DNA from: Ptychomitrium polyphyllum
Lineage: Eukaryota
Reading direction: 5' to 3'
Length of the DNA: 64,000 nucleotides
Assembly: GCA_973851085.1 (NCBI GenBank)
Contig: OZ316775.1
Coordinates: forward strand, 20,956,001-21,020,000
The notes below the pieces were generated by a model that was not told the origin of the DNA, made no database searches, and saw nothing but the letters and a program-made list of their open reading frames with translations. The translations under genes were made by a program, and so were the position numbers. How positions within the stretch are numbered: position 1 is the first letter of the stretch; each line of letters opens with the position of its first letter. Shown one piece after another: positions 11,761 through 25,751 of the stretch.

Positions 11761-14700
11761 CACATGACATGACATAGTGTAGGTGGAACCTGTATATTTA
11801 TGGATCTGGTAGCATTATGAAGAAGGAAGATGATATGCATAGGCCTGCTTTTACTTATATTTTATATACAGTAGTCTTGAAGAACAGCTGAATTACTTCT
11901 GTATGAGGGTAATATGAATATGTATGTTAAATGTGTATGATTTTAACATGTGCTGCCGTCAAGTAACACTTGTGGGTATAGGAACACAAATGATATTTGT
12001 ATTACATTAATGCATCATTGTCTACCAATATTTTTATATAAACTCGGTGTAACATTTGTATGTCTGACACAAAGGCTATAATAAACTGGTTTTACAATAA
12101 AACAAAATCTTGGCTATTAGTTAATAAATAGTTGATGTCAATTACGTTCACATTCCAAAGTAGAGCATTCAGTGAGCATTCTGTGCTCAAGTGCACAATC
12201 TTAGACTTGCTCTACACAAATACCTACTGATGAAATAACCACTATCATGTGCAAGGTACTGCAGCAGTGGTGAGCGGGCCTCTATGCACATAGAGGACTT
12301 TCTGAAGAAGTTGAACTAAGTACACTATCTCTAATGTGTCCTTACCAGGCTTGAACTGGTCCTAGAGACCCAAATTTGAAACCTGAAAAACTTCTACAGT
12401 ACTTCCATCATTTCCAGTGTAGTGTTGCATTGTAAGTTGTAACAGGGGTTGCATTTGCACCTGAGCTGTTTCAGATATCCATTTCTGGTGATAGTGTGAA
12501 GTCAGATGGATTTGGGGTGAACTTGAATGTGAAGAGAAGGTCCTCAGGAAAGATGGGCCTCTTTAATCCAGTGAATGGTGTTTGTTGATACCCCCAAAGA
12601 CTTCTCTGATCATTCATCATTTGTGCTCAAGGTTTGTGCTTTATTAACACTGCACTTGACCTATAAATTAATATAAATAAATGGTTGTCTTATTCCAGGT
12701 CCTGAGCAGAGGTTGCTTCTGTAAAAAACAAAGCAAGTGATGTAAATGACAACTTTGCAGAGGAAACATTGCCTCTGACACTCTTAAGGTTCAACAAATA
12801 CCTTACAGAAGGAGAGAGGTTAACAAGAATCCTACTCTGGAAACTAGCATGTACAGGAAAACACAGACTTCAGAAGTTGTCAATTGAAGGAATGCTTAAA
12901 AGCTGGCCACAAGAAGATTATCATTTGTGCCCTGGCCACACTGGTGTCACTTTTACTTGACAGGAAACTGAGATCAAATAATACTTCTTACAGAAGTGAT
13001 CTAAACTACAACCTTGGGCATCTTTGCAAGGGAAATACTAAAACACTGACTGGGAAGGCTAGGATGAACTTTGACATCACAATTATTGTCTCCAAGTTGA
13101 CTCATGTTGGTAAGAACATGACAAAGAAATAATTTGTTCACAATATCCTCCTCATGCCCTGGTGAATCTCCTATCCAATTCATATGTGAAGAAGCAGAAG
13201 GCTTTTTCTTGATGGTGTTCTCATCATTGATACATATGTCAAATAAACAATATGCTGCTGTAACCTATGCACGATGTGAAACATGGAAGTGGATTTGTCA
13301 CCTGTCGCTTTTAGCTCCACATCAACATCATATTGCACAATTGCAAGTCAGTATCAATCTGAAAAATAGGGGTGTAGCAGATTCAACAGTGCCAAGAAAA
13401 CAAAACTGTAGGTCATTATTCTCAGAAACTTTTTCTAGTATTAAAGATCATTAAAAGATACATAAAATTCTTTTTCATACTTTTAAACCATTTCATAATC
13501 GTTGAAACTTAGGCAGCTAAGACACTTTAAGACATGCATAATTCACTGGTAAATCAGCAGGTTTAGCTTCAGAACTTCAAACTGTTTCAGTCAAGTCAAT
13601 AAAACCTCAAATTTTATGGTTTCTTTTGCATTTATTTCAAAGAAGATTTACATAACTTCTATTAAACATTTTCAACACAATAAGTAACAAACTTTGTGTT
13701 GGTTTTGTTTGAATTAAAAGTTGAGAATAGGAATTTTCATTCAGGTAGAAATACTTGTCTCTTTAAAAAAAACTTTACTTGAAAAAAATGAAACTGTAAT
13801 TGAATCCTATTGTACATATTTCATGAAACAACCAAGATTTGATTAATGCTATTAGTCATAAATGACATTGACCCTAATAGCAAATGGAGGTAGCTCATGG
13901 TGGTTGTCCTTCAAGGAGCTTCAAAGGGTGCAAAGGCCAAATTTTTTGAGATGAAAAAATTTGATGTGATAACAATGTACATTGGTATGAATTTCAGAAG
14001 CAATTCCAAAGTTGACGTCTATAGAGCACTAAACGTAAGACCAGTGAAACCCAACATGCAAGAATAGGGAACCTCTGTTACCAGCTTACTAGGTGAACCG
14101 TGAATGCACGAGTTTCAAAGCCTATTGGTCATAGGTATTTTACTCAGTGAGACAACTTATTGATTCTACTTCTGCTGGATGAATCCAACCAAGTACATGA
14201 TTACATGCAGGTACTGTTGGTCACAGGCATTAGCGATCGAACGCAGACAGGTCTTTGATAGACATACTAGGCTCTGCCTTCAAAAACGAATTTGAAGTCA
14301 TGAACATGTAACTTCACATTCGCTGTTGTTGCTAGACATATATATTCGCGGCTGAAGAGCAGCATATATCGACAACAACGGGTACATCGCGCCTTTCTGC
14401 CTCCCACCCTGTTGCTTTCTATCACGCAGCTGAAACGAAAAACAGCTTAGATTGTTTACGGGCTCTTATAGGTTTTCTGGGACAATTCTAGGCTAATACC
14501 TTCCAGTGTTTTCATTTGGGAGGTCCCATCCCCTTACCTGAGTTAGATTTCAGCTTACCTTATGCTGCTATGAGTACTTTCAAGTTCAATATTATCTCCA
14601 TCAGGTTACTTTCTATAAGGTTACGTGCTGGTACAGATTGAAGCAAAGCGCAACGACAGCAACTGTTACAAACAAGACTTCCATTATATTTCTACTTGGC

Positions 14701-16299
14701 CACATATAAATTCTTCTGGATATTGTAGGAGATTGTTAGACCTAGTGCCTCGTTTCTGCTGCACCGTCTGCTGCAATTAGTTAGTCTAATCCACAAATGA
14801 TCCGGAGTTCTAAACACCATGGTTCCATAGCGCTCACGGCAGATTAATTTAGTTACCTAGTTGGGTTCGGCCTGCATCAGACGTTTCTGTCGACGTTACT
14901 GATGTGGGCATTGAGATTGATCCGCGCCGTCACGTATTGACGTGCATTATTCCTGCATTGGGCTTTGAAGTCGACGCCCGAATTCCCCGACATTCCATTA
15001 TTCATAGTACTACGGCGATCTTGGAAGCCACTCTATATTAGAGCCGCTACTTCATGATGTTGCAATTATGCTCGAGTTGTTTTAACATTTGAAGCCGCAA
15101 AAGGACAGGAAACTAGGTTCATGAATATATCATTTTAAGGTCAAACGTTATTTACGCACAGAGCCTCTTGGAATCTGCAGCGGCAATCGAGGTCCAAAAA
15201 ACTCCAATATCTAGTCTTTGCTCCAGAGTTCACTTACACTTCCGCCTCTACAGATTCCGTTTTGCAGCTGCTGCTTGACTATGGAGCTTCTAAACGTACG
15301 ATCGCCTAAATTACATGTTGCTGGATTTGCATCTTCAAGGTGAGTAATTATCCCTGCATGCTTCAGAGCCCGATCATACATCCTGTAGCAGGATACAGCA
15401 GCAACGAGCAGTAAATCGTAGCAAGCATGAATTGGCAAGCACTTACCACATAGAGTATTCTGCACATCGCACGTTACAAGAAACATAGATTCCATGCAAA
15501 CTTCAAAGGTCAAAACCAAGAATTGCCGAAGACCTGTTTGATTCTACGTATGACCCTGTCTCGTGCCTTCTGCCGTAAGTGTAAACGGACTGGCAGATAT
15601 GCGTCAAAATGCGTTGTTAGTTAACTCTCATGACTCATTTCATTTGCAATAAAAGAGTTCTTTGAAAATGGAATTTGAAGCCTTCCATAAGTGTTCGTAG
15701 AATATAGAAATAATCCCCTGTTCTCTGGTCACTCTGCCAGATTCATAACGGTGCAGCGTACTGATTTTCATGTTAAATCCCCCACCAGGTTTACATCCTG
15801 CTGGTTGCAGATCATTCTTCGTCGTCGCAGAAGAATTAGAGTTTGCAGAGCATGTTTGCATCCCTTTCTCCTAGTGAAGATCCGGAACGATGAGACAAGC
15901 AAATCAAGAAATTGAGATGTTTGACTCCCAGGCCGTAAGCAACAAAATTGAAAGGTTTGAAAATGAAAAGCTTTTCTTTACTTCTGCCCTCAAAAGTACA
16001 ATTGGTTGATAGGTTCAACAGGTCCGTGTCGAAGCAGGTCTTTCAAAGGTGCTGTAAGGAGAATTGAACTCAACTAAATGGAAAATCTAAAGAGAGCAAA
16101 AGAAAGAGGATTGCAACGAAACTCAAGGTCAACGTATGTGAATAAAAAAATCCGTGTCAAATCCACTGTGGTTCATATGGAGGGTAATATTGTCACCCTC
16201 GACTGTTTTCAACATCTATCTTTCATGAGTTGTTTCTACAGATCGGAGATATCATCAGTTGATCAGACTAATGCTAATACTATAATGAATGAAATTCGT

Positions 16300-17463
16300 T
16301 TATATGGAGTACTGGTTTGTGAGAGACAAATGAACTCCTGCATTCCGAAGTTCAGGATCGGCCGCATGGGATGAATGATTGGTTAAGGGATCCAAGACCT
16401 GTAAGGGTGCCACAGACCTAAGAGGGTCAACATGACGGCCTACATGAGTATCAGCAAGCGGATTATAAAAACTACGCCTTTCAATATCACCTGCAAGTGC
16501 ATAACTAGAACCTCCATGATGTTCTCCCAAGTTTTGTTGATTTTGTTGTTCATGCACATGAAGTGATCCCCCAGAATCAGATACATACCTCAGACCACCC
16601 ATACTACTCCTGCTGTAAGGATCGCTCGACTCCATCTTTATGTGTTGTCCAAACATATCTAGCAGAGCTGAATCTTGATCACTCACTAGATATCTGCGAG
16701 GACATGTCAAACAAATTTCAAATTTGATTCATGTTTGATTCACTGAGAACCTCTAGAAGGGTTTTCTTAAGCAAGACATCCGGCTTGAAATTGGAAGTCC
16801 TGAACTAGAGGCAAGCGACGACTATCGTGTGAGGAAAATTTGATTTCAGCAGATTCCTTACCTCGCATGATCGTGATATGCTGCATGTGCCCTACTATCC
16901 TGATAACTCATTAATTGTCCAGGAACAGCATCGTGAAAATTCCCACCCTGGTGTGATGTACTTGCATACTGCGGTTGTAAATGGTGATAATGATAATTTG
17001 CCTGGCCCCCTGCATGCTGGTGTCCATACGTCTGCTGCAAAATAGAAGAAGTGTGCTGTTGTTCCAATAGGTACAGTTGATCCCGCGCTAATGCAAGATC
17101 ATCCTTAAGTTTATTGACCTGGTTCTGCAGCAAGTGGATGATCCCCAAACAGCCATGCACTGGATCTTTCTCTCGAGTATCCGCCTCATAAACAATGGAC
17201 TTAACGGTGTCCTCACGCTTGTCTAAGTCCACTTGACGTAATATGCGCAATATACTACTGACACCAAACAACCTGTGCACATTGAGAAACCGCTTCGGCT
17301 GGTCTGGAGGAAAATAAGGTGCTAAAGGGCAGTCGGTTGCACATTTACGGCGCTGGTACTTGCATGCGGCACAGGCGGCGTTTGCACCGGCTGACAGCCC
17401 AGACGAATGTCCAGATGATTGTCCAGAAGAAGGCCCAGATGACGGTCCGACTCTTCCCGTCAT
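16300..17463 (-). CDS. LOB-domain (LBD/ASL) transcription factor, class I, LBD27/LBD22-like; exons 17463-16862 and 16693-16300
   Basis: C-block CAACKYQRRKCATDC, LAPYFP, HRLFG, YEA...DPVHGC and leucine-zipper-like LQNQVNKLKDDL. A phase-2 intron GTAAGG...CGCAG joins the two ORFs in frame. 5'UTR acceptor at 17475. Confidence 0.93.
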
Positions 17464-20400
17464 GACTCTCTCCCCTGCAAGGTAAATGTATACAAGTTAT
17501 TAAATACTTTCAACTTCAGAACAAGCAAAGCTGCAAAACTGCAAAACTGCAGAGTGCTATACAAAATGACACCATCGGAAATATATTACCCTGTAGAGCG
17601 CATCTATCAAACACCGCAACCTACTAAGAGCTCGACACTTGAAAAGCATGCACACTTATAAACGTAAGGGATCCACCCAACCTGGTGGGGAAATCCTTAG
17701 AGCTCCGCTCGAGCTCATCTTAGCAGATCTTCTAGCGACTTCAATCGCTGCATAAAAATGTAGTCATTCCTAAGACACCGAACCTTCGAACAAGAATGTA
17801 CGCATTCCTGAAATGAAGAGTCTTCTCGTTCGGTGCCGGCAAACATAAAAGATGTCAACCGTTCAAGAAAGAACTCCGAAGTTGGCACCCGCAGGGCGAA
17901 AGATTGACGAGACTTGTGAAAAGTGCAGCTACAACCGTCTCTTCTACTGTCAGTTGTAGAAACCTTAAGTTGAAGTAAATAAAGTTTTGAAAATCAACAA
18001 TCCATCATCTGAACACCTGTGATACGCTGACGAAGAGTGGACTGACTGTCAGGGTTTATCCTAGAAATGATATGATAGAACGAAACGAACTGCTAAGCTT
18101 CATAAAGATCCACTAAAACTTGCTCCACTCAAAGCCAAGCAGCTGCTCGCATGCATATGAAACTCACGGCGCGAGGAACACTACAGGTTTGCTAAACGAG
18201 AAACTCCACCGCCAACAGAATAAGAGAGATCTTGCTACCCGAACAGACCGCATCAACTATCGCTTCCCTACCGGCTTCATGAAAGACGAGACAAAAAAAC
18301 AGGCGCTAAGGAAGGAGGATCATCTAGACTAGGCTACTCGAAGAAAAGAAAACCGCGGAGCGGTCCTCAACTCCGGGACCAAGGAGCAAAAGTCCGCACG
18401 CTAGAAAATCCGTGGCGGCACTACTCGCGCGCCTACACTCGTGGCTCGGAAGCAGCGAAGAGACTTGATGCTTCGCAAGCTGCGGCAAGTGCTGCGCGGC
18501 TACAAAGGTTGCACGGAACCAGGCGTATGTAGTGTGTCCGAGGGCAGGGAACTGAAAAGGAAAGGCAAGGATGGCTGGTTGCCCGCCGTGGAAGGAGGTG
18601 CGAGAATTAGCAGTCTGCCTGCGGGTGCTTCTGTGTTGTGCTGTGCCGCACTGCAGAGGGAAGATCTCTACGCTGATCCTACGCACGCGGTCGCGCTCGC
18701 AACTGAACCGGAACCGGGATAGGAAGGCACCAAAGCGAGCCGCTCCCCTCCCCCGCCCCGCCGTCCTTCGTTGTCCCTCTCGTCGAGAGTAAGTTAGCAA
18801 GCTAAAAAGCTACCGAATAGCGACACCACTGGGCTACTGGAACGCCATGGCGAGAATTGCGCGTGATGCGTTTGGCGATGGCTGCGACGGCCCACTCGGA
18901 AAAGCGGAAGATCGAGTCGGACATGTGTTGGACTGCAGTTACGAGCGGCCTTTCCTGCGGTGCCATCACCGCTGGCCCGATCTTCTCGCCAGTCCACCTC
19001 ATGCTGCTTCCCAGCTCTCCCTCGGGCTTGGACGCCATAGCAAAGCTGGAGCTCTCTAGGCTCCCCCTCTGCAGGCTCTTTGTTGCGCCATCACCAGGCT
19101 GCTGCTTGTGCTTCTGGTTCTTGGCTTGAGCTGGCTTTGGCTCGGGTTGGAAAGGGTGGCGGCCGTCGGGAAGTCGAGTAGCGGCCGTTTCTTTCCTTCT
19201 CTATCTGCAGTCCCACTCCCGTTTCCCAGCTGCAGTTCCCTGCCTCCGTCCCCTCTTTCTTTTCACCCCAACTTGCCCCACTCCGGCCTCTTTCTTGTTC
19301 TCTTTCTCGTTCATTTTTCTTTTCATACAATTGATCACTGGCTAATCATCGTCATTCTATCATCACATGGCGATTTACATTATCACACACGGAAGGACAT
19401 TCTTCCTTTTCTTTTTAAACTTTTCTTTCTTTTTTTCTGAGAGAATGCTCCAAACCGAAAATGTGAAAACAGAAATGGCAATGAAGGATAAGATAATATA
19501 TAGGGCTAGACGTAGGTTTTTGGTAAAACTACTAAACCTTCAAACCTTCTCTTTTACTTAAAATGCCCTTACTCGTCTAAAAATTAGAAAAACTTTCCAA
19601 AAATTCTTGTCAACTCAATTTTATCATATCAAATCAAAGCTTGCCACATCAATTCAATGACATGTTGATTTGACTGGTCTTCATTATTGAAACTCTTGGC
19701 ACTCTTTTTAGAACCATTTAATTTACAAAGCCATGTTTTAAAGAATTTGCATGGACAAACTTATTTTGTGTCAAATTATCTTTGGCAAAGATAGCTTGGC
19801 TTCATGAAAACACAAGCCATAGGCCAAAGTTCGATGGCTTGAACTCCAACTTATAAATCATTGTGGTAGCCAATTCCAAATGCTTTTCTAAGGTGGAACA
19901 ACTCCAAATTTCTTATTTAGCAATTGAATATATCTTATATATAAATGCTACCACTTTTGTATTTTTAATTTGAGTTTGTTATTATTTGATTGTCAACTCA
20001 CAATTCTAAATAGACCAAATGAACATTGCTACTTTGTTCATTGCATTTAGATGCATACACTTTTCCAATTGAAGATAAAAGTGTGTGGTATAACCTCCCA
20101 TCATTTTATATGAGCCAAGTTATAACTAATATATCTCCTTCAAATCATCAACTATTCTTTTTTTACCATACAAGCAATGAATTTAGCCTTGTTAGCTCAC
20201 ATGTAAGTTCAATGATCAAAGCTAAGTTCCAAAACCATATTATAACATACTCCAACTTGTTCAAGAACCATACATTAGTAAACTTGGAAACTATTATTAC
20301 AACACCAAAATGACACATGTTGAAATAATGCTAATATCATAGAGGTTAAAATGACATTTGTATCTCATCAAAACCACATAACATTTGGTTTTATTGTCAT

Positions 20401-21585
20401 TTAAACCTGTACTATTTTGCTATCACTTTGACATCCATTTAACTTGGTGTCATTGTGACAACATTTAAATCTATGTTATATTATATGGGCAATTTTTTAT
20501 GTCGAGATGACATCAAACTGATGTGGAGTAAACACATTCCCATTAAAATCACACCCCATCGATGTCATAAAATGACTCAAGAGAGCTTTTTTATGCACTA
20601 CTGTTGCAGTCCCAGGCATCCTAGTCCAGTTTCTATGTTTCTTCAGAAATTAAAATTTAAAATTTAATAAATGAATAAACTTTCCAAAAATCTCATCTGC
20701 CAAGACTGTGATTTGTTTTTTCTATTTACTTGCAAGTGTAGTGGAGAACATTTCAATGATTTACTGCTGGTGAAAAAATCACAATTAGTGTCTACTTTTC
20801 TTTTTAAGTAACTCAATGTACTAATGGGAATGCCATGATAATGACATGGTGCAACTGATTTGTTACCTGATTGGGCTGTTCTTGTTTTTTAACCTAGTGT
20901 GGCTACAAAATGAATTCTGGTACTGATAATTTTGATGCATTACATTGGGTTAAATGGTGCTGAGAAAGTACAGGTTTTTTTGAAAGAAGCCTTGACAGGT
21001 GAAGTACAAACTATTTAGCTCATAAGCTGATCATGAGTCAAATCATGGTTCAGAAATGGCATAAGTTTTAAAGAGTTAAATGAATAACTCTTGAAATGAA
21101 TGCTAATTTGCTATATATAGTCAGGCATTTGCATGAATCATAGCACACTGCTGTAAATGAGTTGGAGTATTAAGGAAGCCAACTCAATTGGCTAGACAAT
21201 CATCAGTAAACTTGGAGTTCATAATTGTGACATAAAAATGACAACAAGAAACAAAAACATTTTGATATTATTCTAGTGACATCTTGTTTTCAAAGTATTC
21301 GAACATTAAAGTAGTAATAAATGACATTAAAAATATTGTGAATTTAAAAATGATGGTAAAACGCTATGAAAATGATATAAAAATTGCATGGGTCAGAATG
21401 ATTGAAGTCCTTGAACTGAATAAATGACATAAAATATCATTTTGGTCTTACTTTAACCTATGCTGTTTGACATCATTTTACTTCAACTACCATGATGGAC
21501 ATCTTCTTGCCAGCATTTAAATTAGGGGTTTCCCAATGGTAAGATGATATCAACCTAATGTAGGATATGACAACACATTTTTCTT

Positions 21586-21635
21586 ATGTATATCATACCA
21601 GATTTTTCTACTGTATATCATACCAGATTTTCTAC
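21586..21635. repeat. Two tandem copies of tgtatatcataccagatttt(t)ctac
   Basis: Direct read. Confidence 0.85.
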
Positions 21636-24600
21636 AATGGTATAAGCATTCTATCAATAATGTGCAATCTTGGACCGAAGCATCACCAAACACCAGCATG
21701 CTGTGACTTACAGCATGGTGAAAGTAACACCAATTAGATTAGAAGATTTCTTACTACAACCAGGAAGGACCTGAGGTACAAACAACCAAGTGATTCTATT
21801 CAGATAAATTTTTATAAAAAATAATCAAGAGCCCAAGCCAACTGGACTCCAATTACAGCCACGTGGAGCTTATCCAAGGAACGCCGTTCCACTTCCCACC
21901 ACCAACTCCAGACGCCACGATTTCTTATTCACGACTCACTCTGCTAGAAGGCCAAAATAACTTGTAGGAGAATAACAAATGATCAATTCTCAAGAGTACA
22001 TTCAGCTATTTTGGATAAGCACTTTGTCCTGCAAAGAATATCATTAAAATAAGCTAGAACAGAAGCCGCCGTAGAGAACTATCCACTTACCAAAATTTAG
22101 TTTTGCCAAGCAGGCATTCATAGAATAATACCATATCCAGCTTCTGCTGTCGGCATTAGCATCCATTTTTGGTGACAAAGCCAATAACTTTGATAGATGG
22201 GGTTCGGGAGCAAATCGCATGGACTGGTATGAACAAAGACGTGCCACGGATCAAAAGCAATAATTGAAAAGCCAGTTCAAAGAATTCCTGGCTTGACTGA
22301 CATATAATTTTTGAATCGCATTTCATTTCTGAAAATGCTTAATAGAAGTTTAGACATACAAATTACATTGTAATATCACGAGAGTATAGAGCTCAGAAGG
22401 AGAGTAAAATTTCTAGGTTGGAGAGGAGCGTGCCATTGGTACTCAAAAATGTAAAGTGGTACAAGTGTACACTTGTGCTTGGTTAAGACATTAGTCAACC
22501 CACGAAGTAATTGAATTGGATTTTTGTGCTTGACTTAACCTTTTTTCAAATAGCTTTTAGATTTGTCCTAAATGCCATGTCCTTCAGACTCCTTGAATTG
22601 TTCCTTAGAGTTCAAATTTAAAAAAATATTAAAGCAGCTGTGATACATTTAGTGATTGGAGCAGTCCTTTCGTGCTTCACAACATAAGAAATTAATTGCA
22701 ACTAAACATAGGACATCATGATCCATTTATCAAGAATAAGTGGTATATTCAAATACGATTGTATTAAAATAATCACCACGTCAAAGATCAAAAGTATCCT
22801 AAATTACTTAATTTTATGTTATCTTAAAAAATAATTTCTTTAAGTGAAAGCACACCATATTTTACAAATTAATCAATTATATTATAGCATTCAAATGCTT
22901 CAATGTATTTAAATGTTAATTTTTGATCAAGTAGTTATTGTGTTTGTCTTAAAAAGTGTATGTTGTATTAATTTAAAATTTATTATCTACAATAATCTAA
23001 TTTTCAAGTAATGACATAGACATAGTTTCTTATGTACAATAAAAGCATGTATTAACAAACAAATGTTTGTTTCAATTTAAATTGATGACTTAAGATTATT
23101 TATTTATTTATTTCATTTTCAGTAGAAATAAGCTTCTAAAAAAAATACATTTGTAAATATTAATTAAAAAATCTTAAAAGAATCTTTGAAGAATATTATA
23201 ATGTTTTTTCACAAACAAAGTTTAAGTTTGTTTAAAGAATATACAAAGGTTATTAGCTTTTAGTTTGCAAGGCCATATTATAATGTATTTGATAACAATC
23301 ATAGCATAGTTTAACAATTTGACCTTACAATAGAATTATAATATAGCTTTTAGACCAAATATTTGATTGTATGCAATGTTTAAAGCTGAAAATTAACAAC
23401 TAGCATTTAGAAAAAAAATTGTAGTAGTATTCTTATATTATTTTATTATAATGTAAGATCATTTAGCTAAAAGTGTTATGTAATTAATAGTTTGAATATT
23501 TTTGCAATTTTTTATCTCAAAAAAAATTCTACAAAAAACAATGTTGAATATTTAAAGGTAAATTTGCAGTATAAAAAGAAATTATAAGAAATCCCATTGC
23601 CTTTTTAATACTTGAAGATTGCTACTTTTACTAAGCAAATGCCTTAATATGGCCTACCATTGCTTGTGCTCTCTTAATGCTACTCTAAGAGCCTAAAATT
23701 AAAATCATGTTGAGACCAAAGCAACAATAATGGTTGAAAAGTTTATATGAAAGTTCAACAATGCACAAGTGCTATTTGAGGTTGATGGAAAGGAATAAAA
23801 GTATTGCATGGCTTTTTAAAAAGGCTGTTGCAAATCTTCTAATATTTCCTCAATTATAAGCATTCCACACCAAATAAAAAATTTCATGAGCATAAAAAAT
23901 GCTAGGTTATTTGTAAAAACCAGAATGCCAATACGGCAAAATGCTCAACTTTTATGGCATATTGATATCAGTTTTTAAAACAAACTTATTTGATGATCTT
24001 GCCTTATATGGTGTATTTTTAATTAATCTATATTTAAGTTTATGCTTAAATAAATGATTAAATATTTAAATATTAAACTAAGATTCAAAAGGATTTTCAA
24101 AATTGCTTAAATTTCAGAAAATGTAACATATTTTAATGTTTGTCATTTATATGCATTTATTTTTTATATGTTTTTTATTTTACAGGATGATGATAAATTT
24201 TTAAGAAAACCCATAATTAATAAAACAATGTTTTCTTATAAATCTCTCAGGCATCACAAATGCAATTAGAAAAAGTAAATCAAGTATAAATATAATCAAA
24301 GGTACATTTTCAAGAAATAAACCTAATTGAAACCTTTGCATATTCAAAACCAAATCATTTTAAATGTTTTTAAAGTGCCACTCTTTGATCTAAGCAACTT
24401 TTATCAATGATTTTTGCATATAATATACACTGTACATTGGCATTAAATCTTTTTATTCTATGATTCTTTTTTGTATATTTGTAGTTATACATTTATATAG
24501 ACTTATGCTTTGTAATTTTCAATGTTATAAACAATTAAAAAAATTTCATAATACTATTGCTATAACTTCATTAAATTAGGCACTTATAGAATACAATGCT

Positions 24601-25659
24601 ATAGTCTCCAAGTTGGCACTTTGAAACCAAATTTGATGTAATTTTTTTTAAACATTGTATTTTAAAGATAAAGTAAGAAAAAAACAATATGTTGCACTTT
24701 TTTAAAACAACAAATGCCTATATTTGGTATCATAAATAATAATATGAAAATTATATTATAAATAGAAAATATAAAGAATAATGTGAAAATTTGAGTTTGT
24801 TAATCAATTAATGAAACTACATCCAATACCGCACCTTCTATGTGTTATGATATGTATAACATTCATCACATGCCATATCATACATTTTGAATAACCATCC
24901 TATCATGTATAATATAGTTTTTACATTCTCTTAACAAATATTATAAGTTTCATTATTTTTTCTTTAATGTTATTTTTGTAATGCACCATCAAAATCTACA
25001 AATATATCACATCCACTCTTCAGTTCCTTTCAACTTGCCATTAATCAATCATTGAAATTATTCATGTATAACATATTGCTTCATTTTTATTTTATTTATG
25101 TTCATTGATGCATGTTACTATCGAATTTAATAAAAATGAATAAATTATGAGTGTTTTAATTGGTTTCAAACCAAATATGATACATTTCTTTAAAACCATT
25201 AATCCACAAATCCGTGGTTCCTATTAGATTGTTCCTATTAAACTTTGCTATTCTTTTCCAACTTATTATATAGTTTTAAATCAATATATGGATCTATTGT
25301 AGATTTTATTTTCATCTTAATAACTTATAAAGCTTGTATATATAGTACAAACACTTTTAATGGTCCAAATTTTTAATTGCAAAAGCCTTGATTTGAATTT
25401 TGCATATATGTTTATTCTTCTTTTTGATACTAATGAAAAATTCATAAACTACATTTGAAATCACCATAAATGTTTTCAATTATTTTAAAATATTTTTTTA
25501 ATTTTTAAATCTTATTTTAATATGATTTATATTTTATCCTTGGCTACTTATCATTAGTATATAAAAATAATCTGAGAACCACCAATAATAGAAACAAGAA
25601 ACTTTCCAAATCCTTTTATAACATCTAATATCATTGGATATGCTTCTTCTTTTCATCAA

Positions 25660-25751
25660 CTTATTGTACTATCTTTATCTTTATCCTTATTGTACTATCT
25701 TTATCTTTATCCTTATTGTACTATCTTTATCTTTATCCTTATTGTACTATC
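25660..25751. repeat. Minisatellite, 3.5 perfect copies of the 26-bp unit cttattgtactatctttatctttatc
   Basis: Direct read. Confidence 0.95.

Noticed and set aside
24780..25060. Possible CACTA-like transposase remnant on the minus strand (GWLFKMYDMAC)
   Set aside because: Similarity too faint to support without a profile search.
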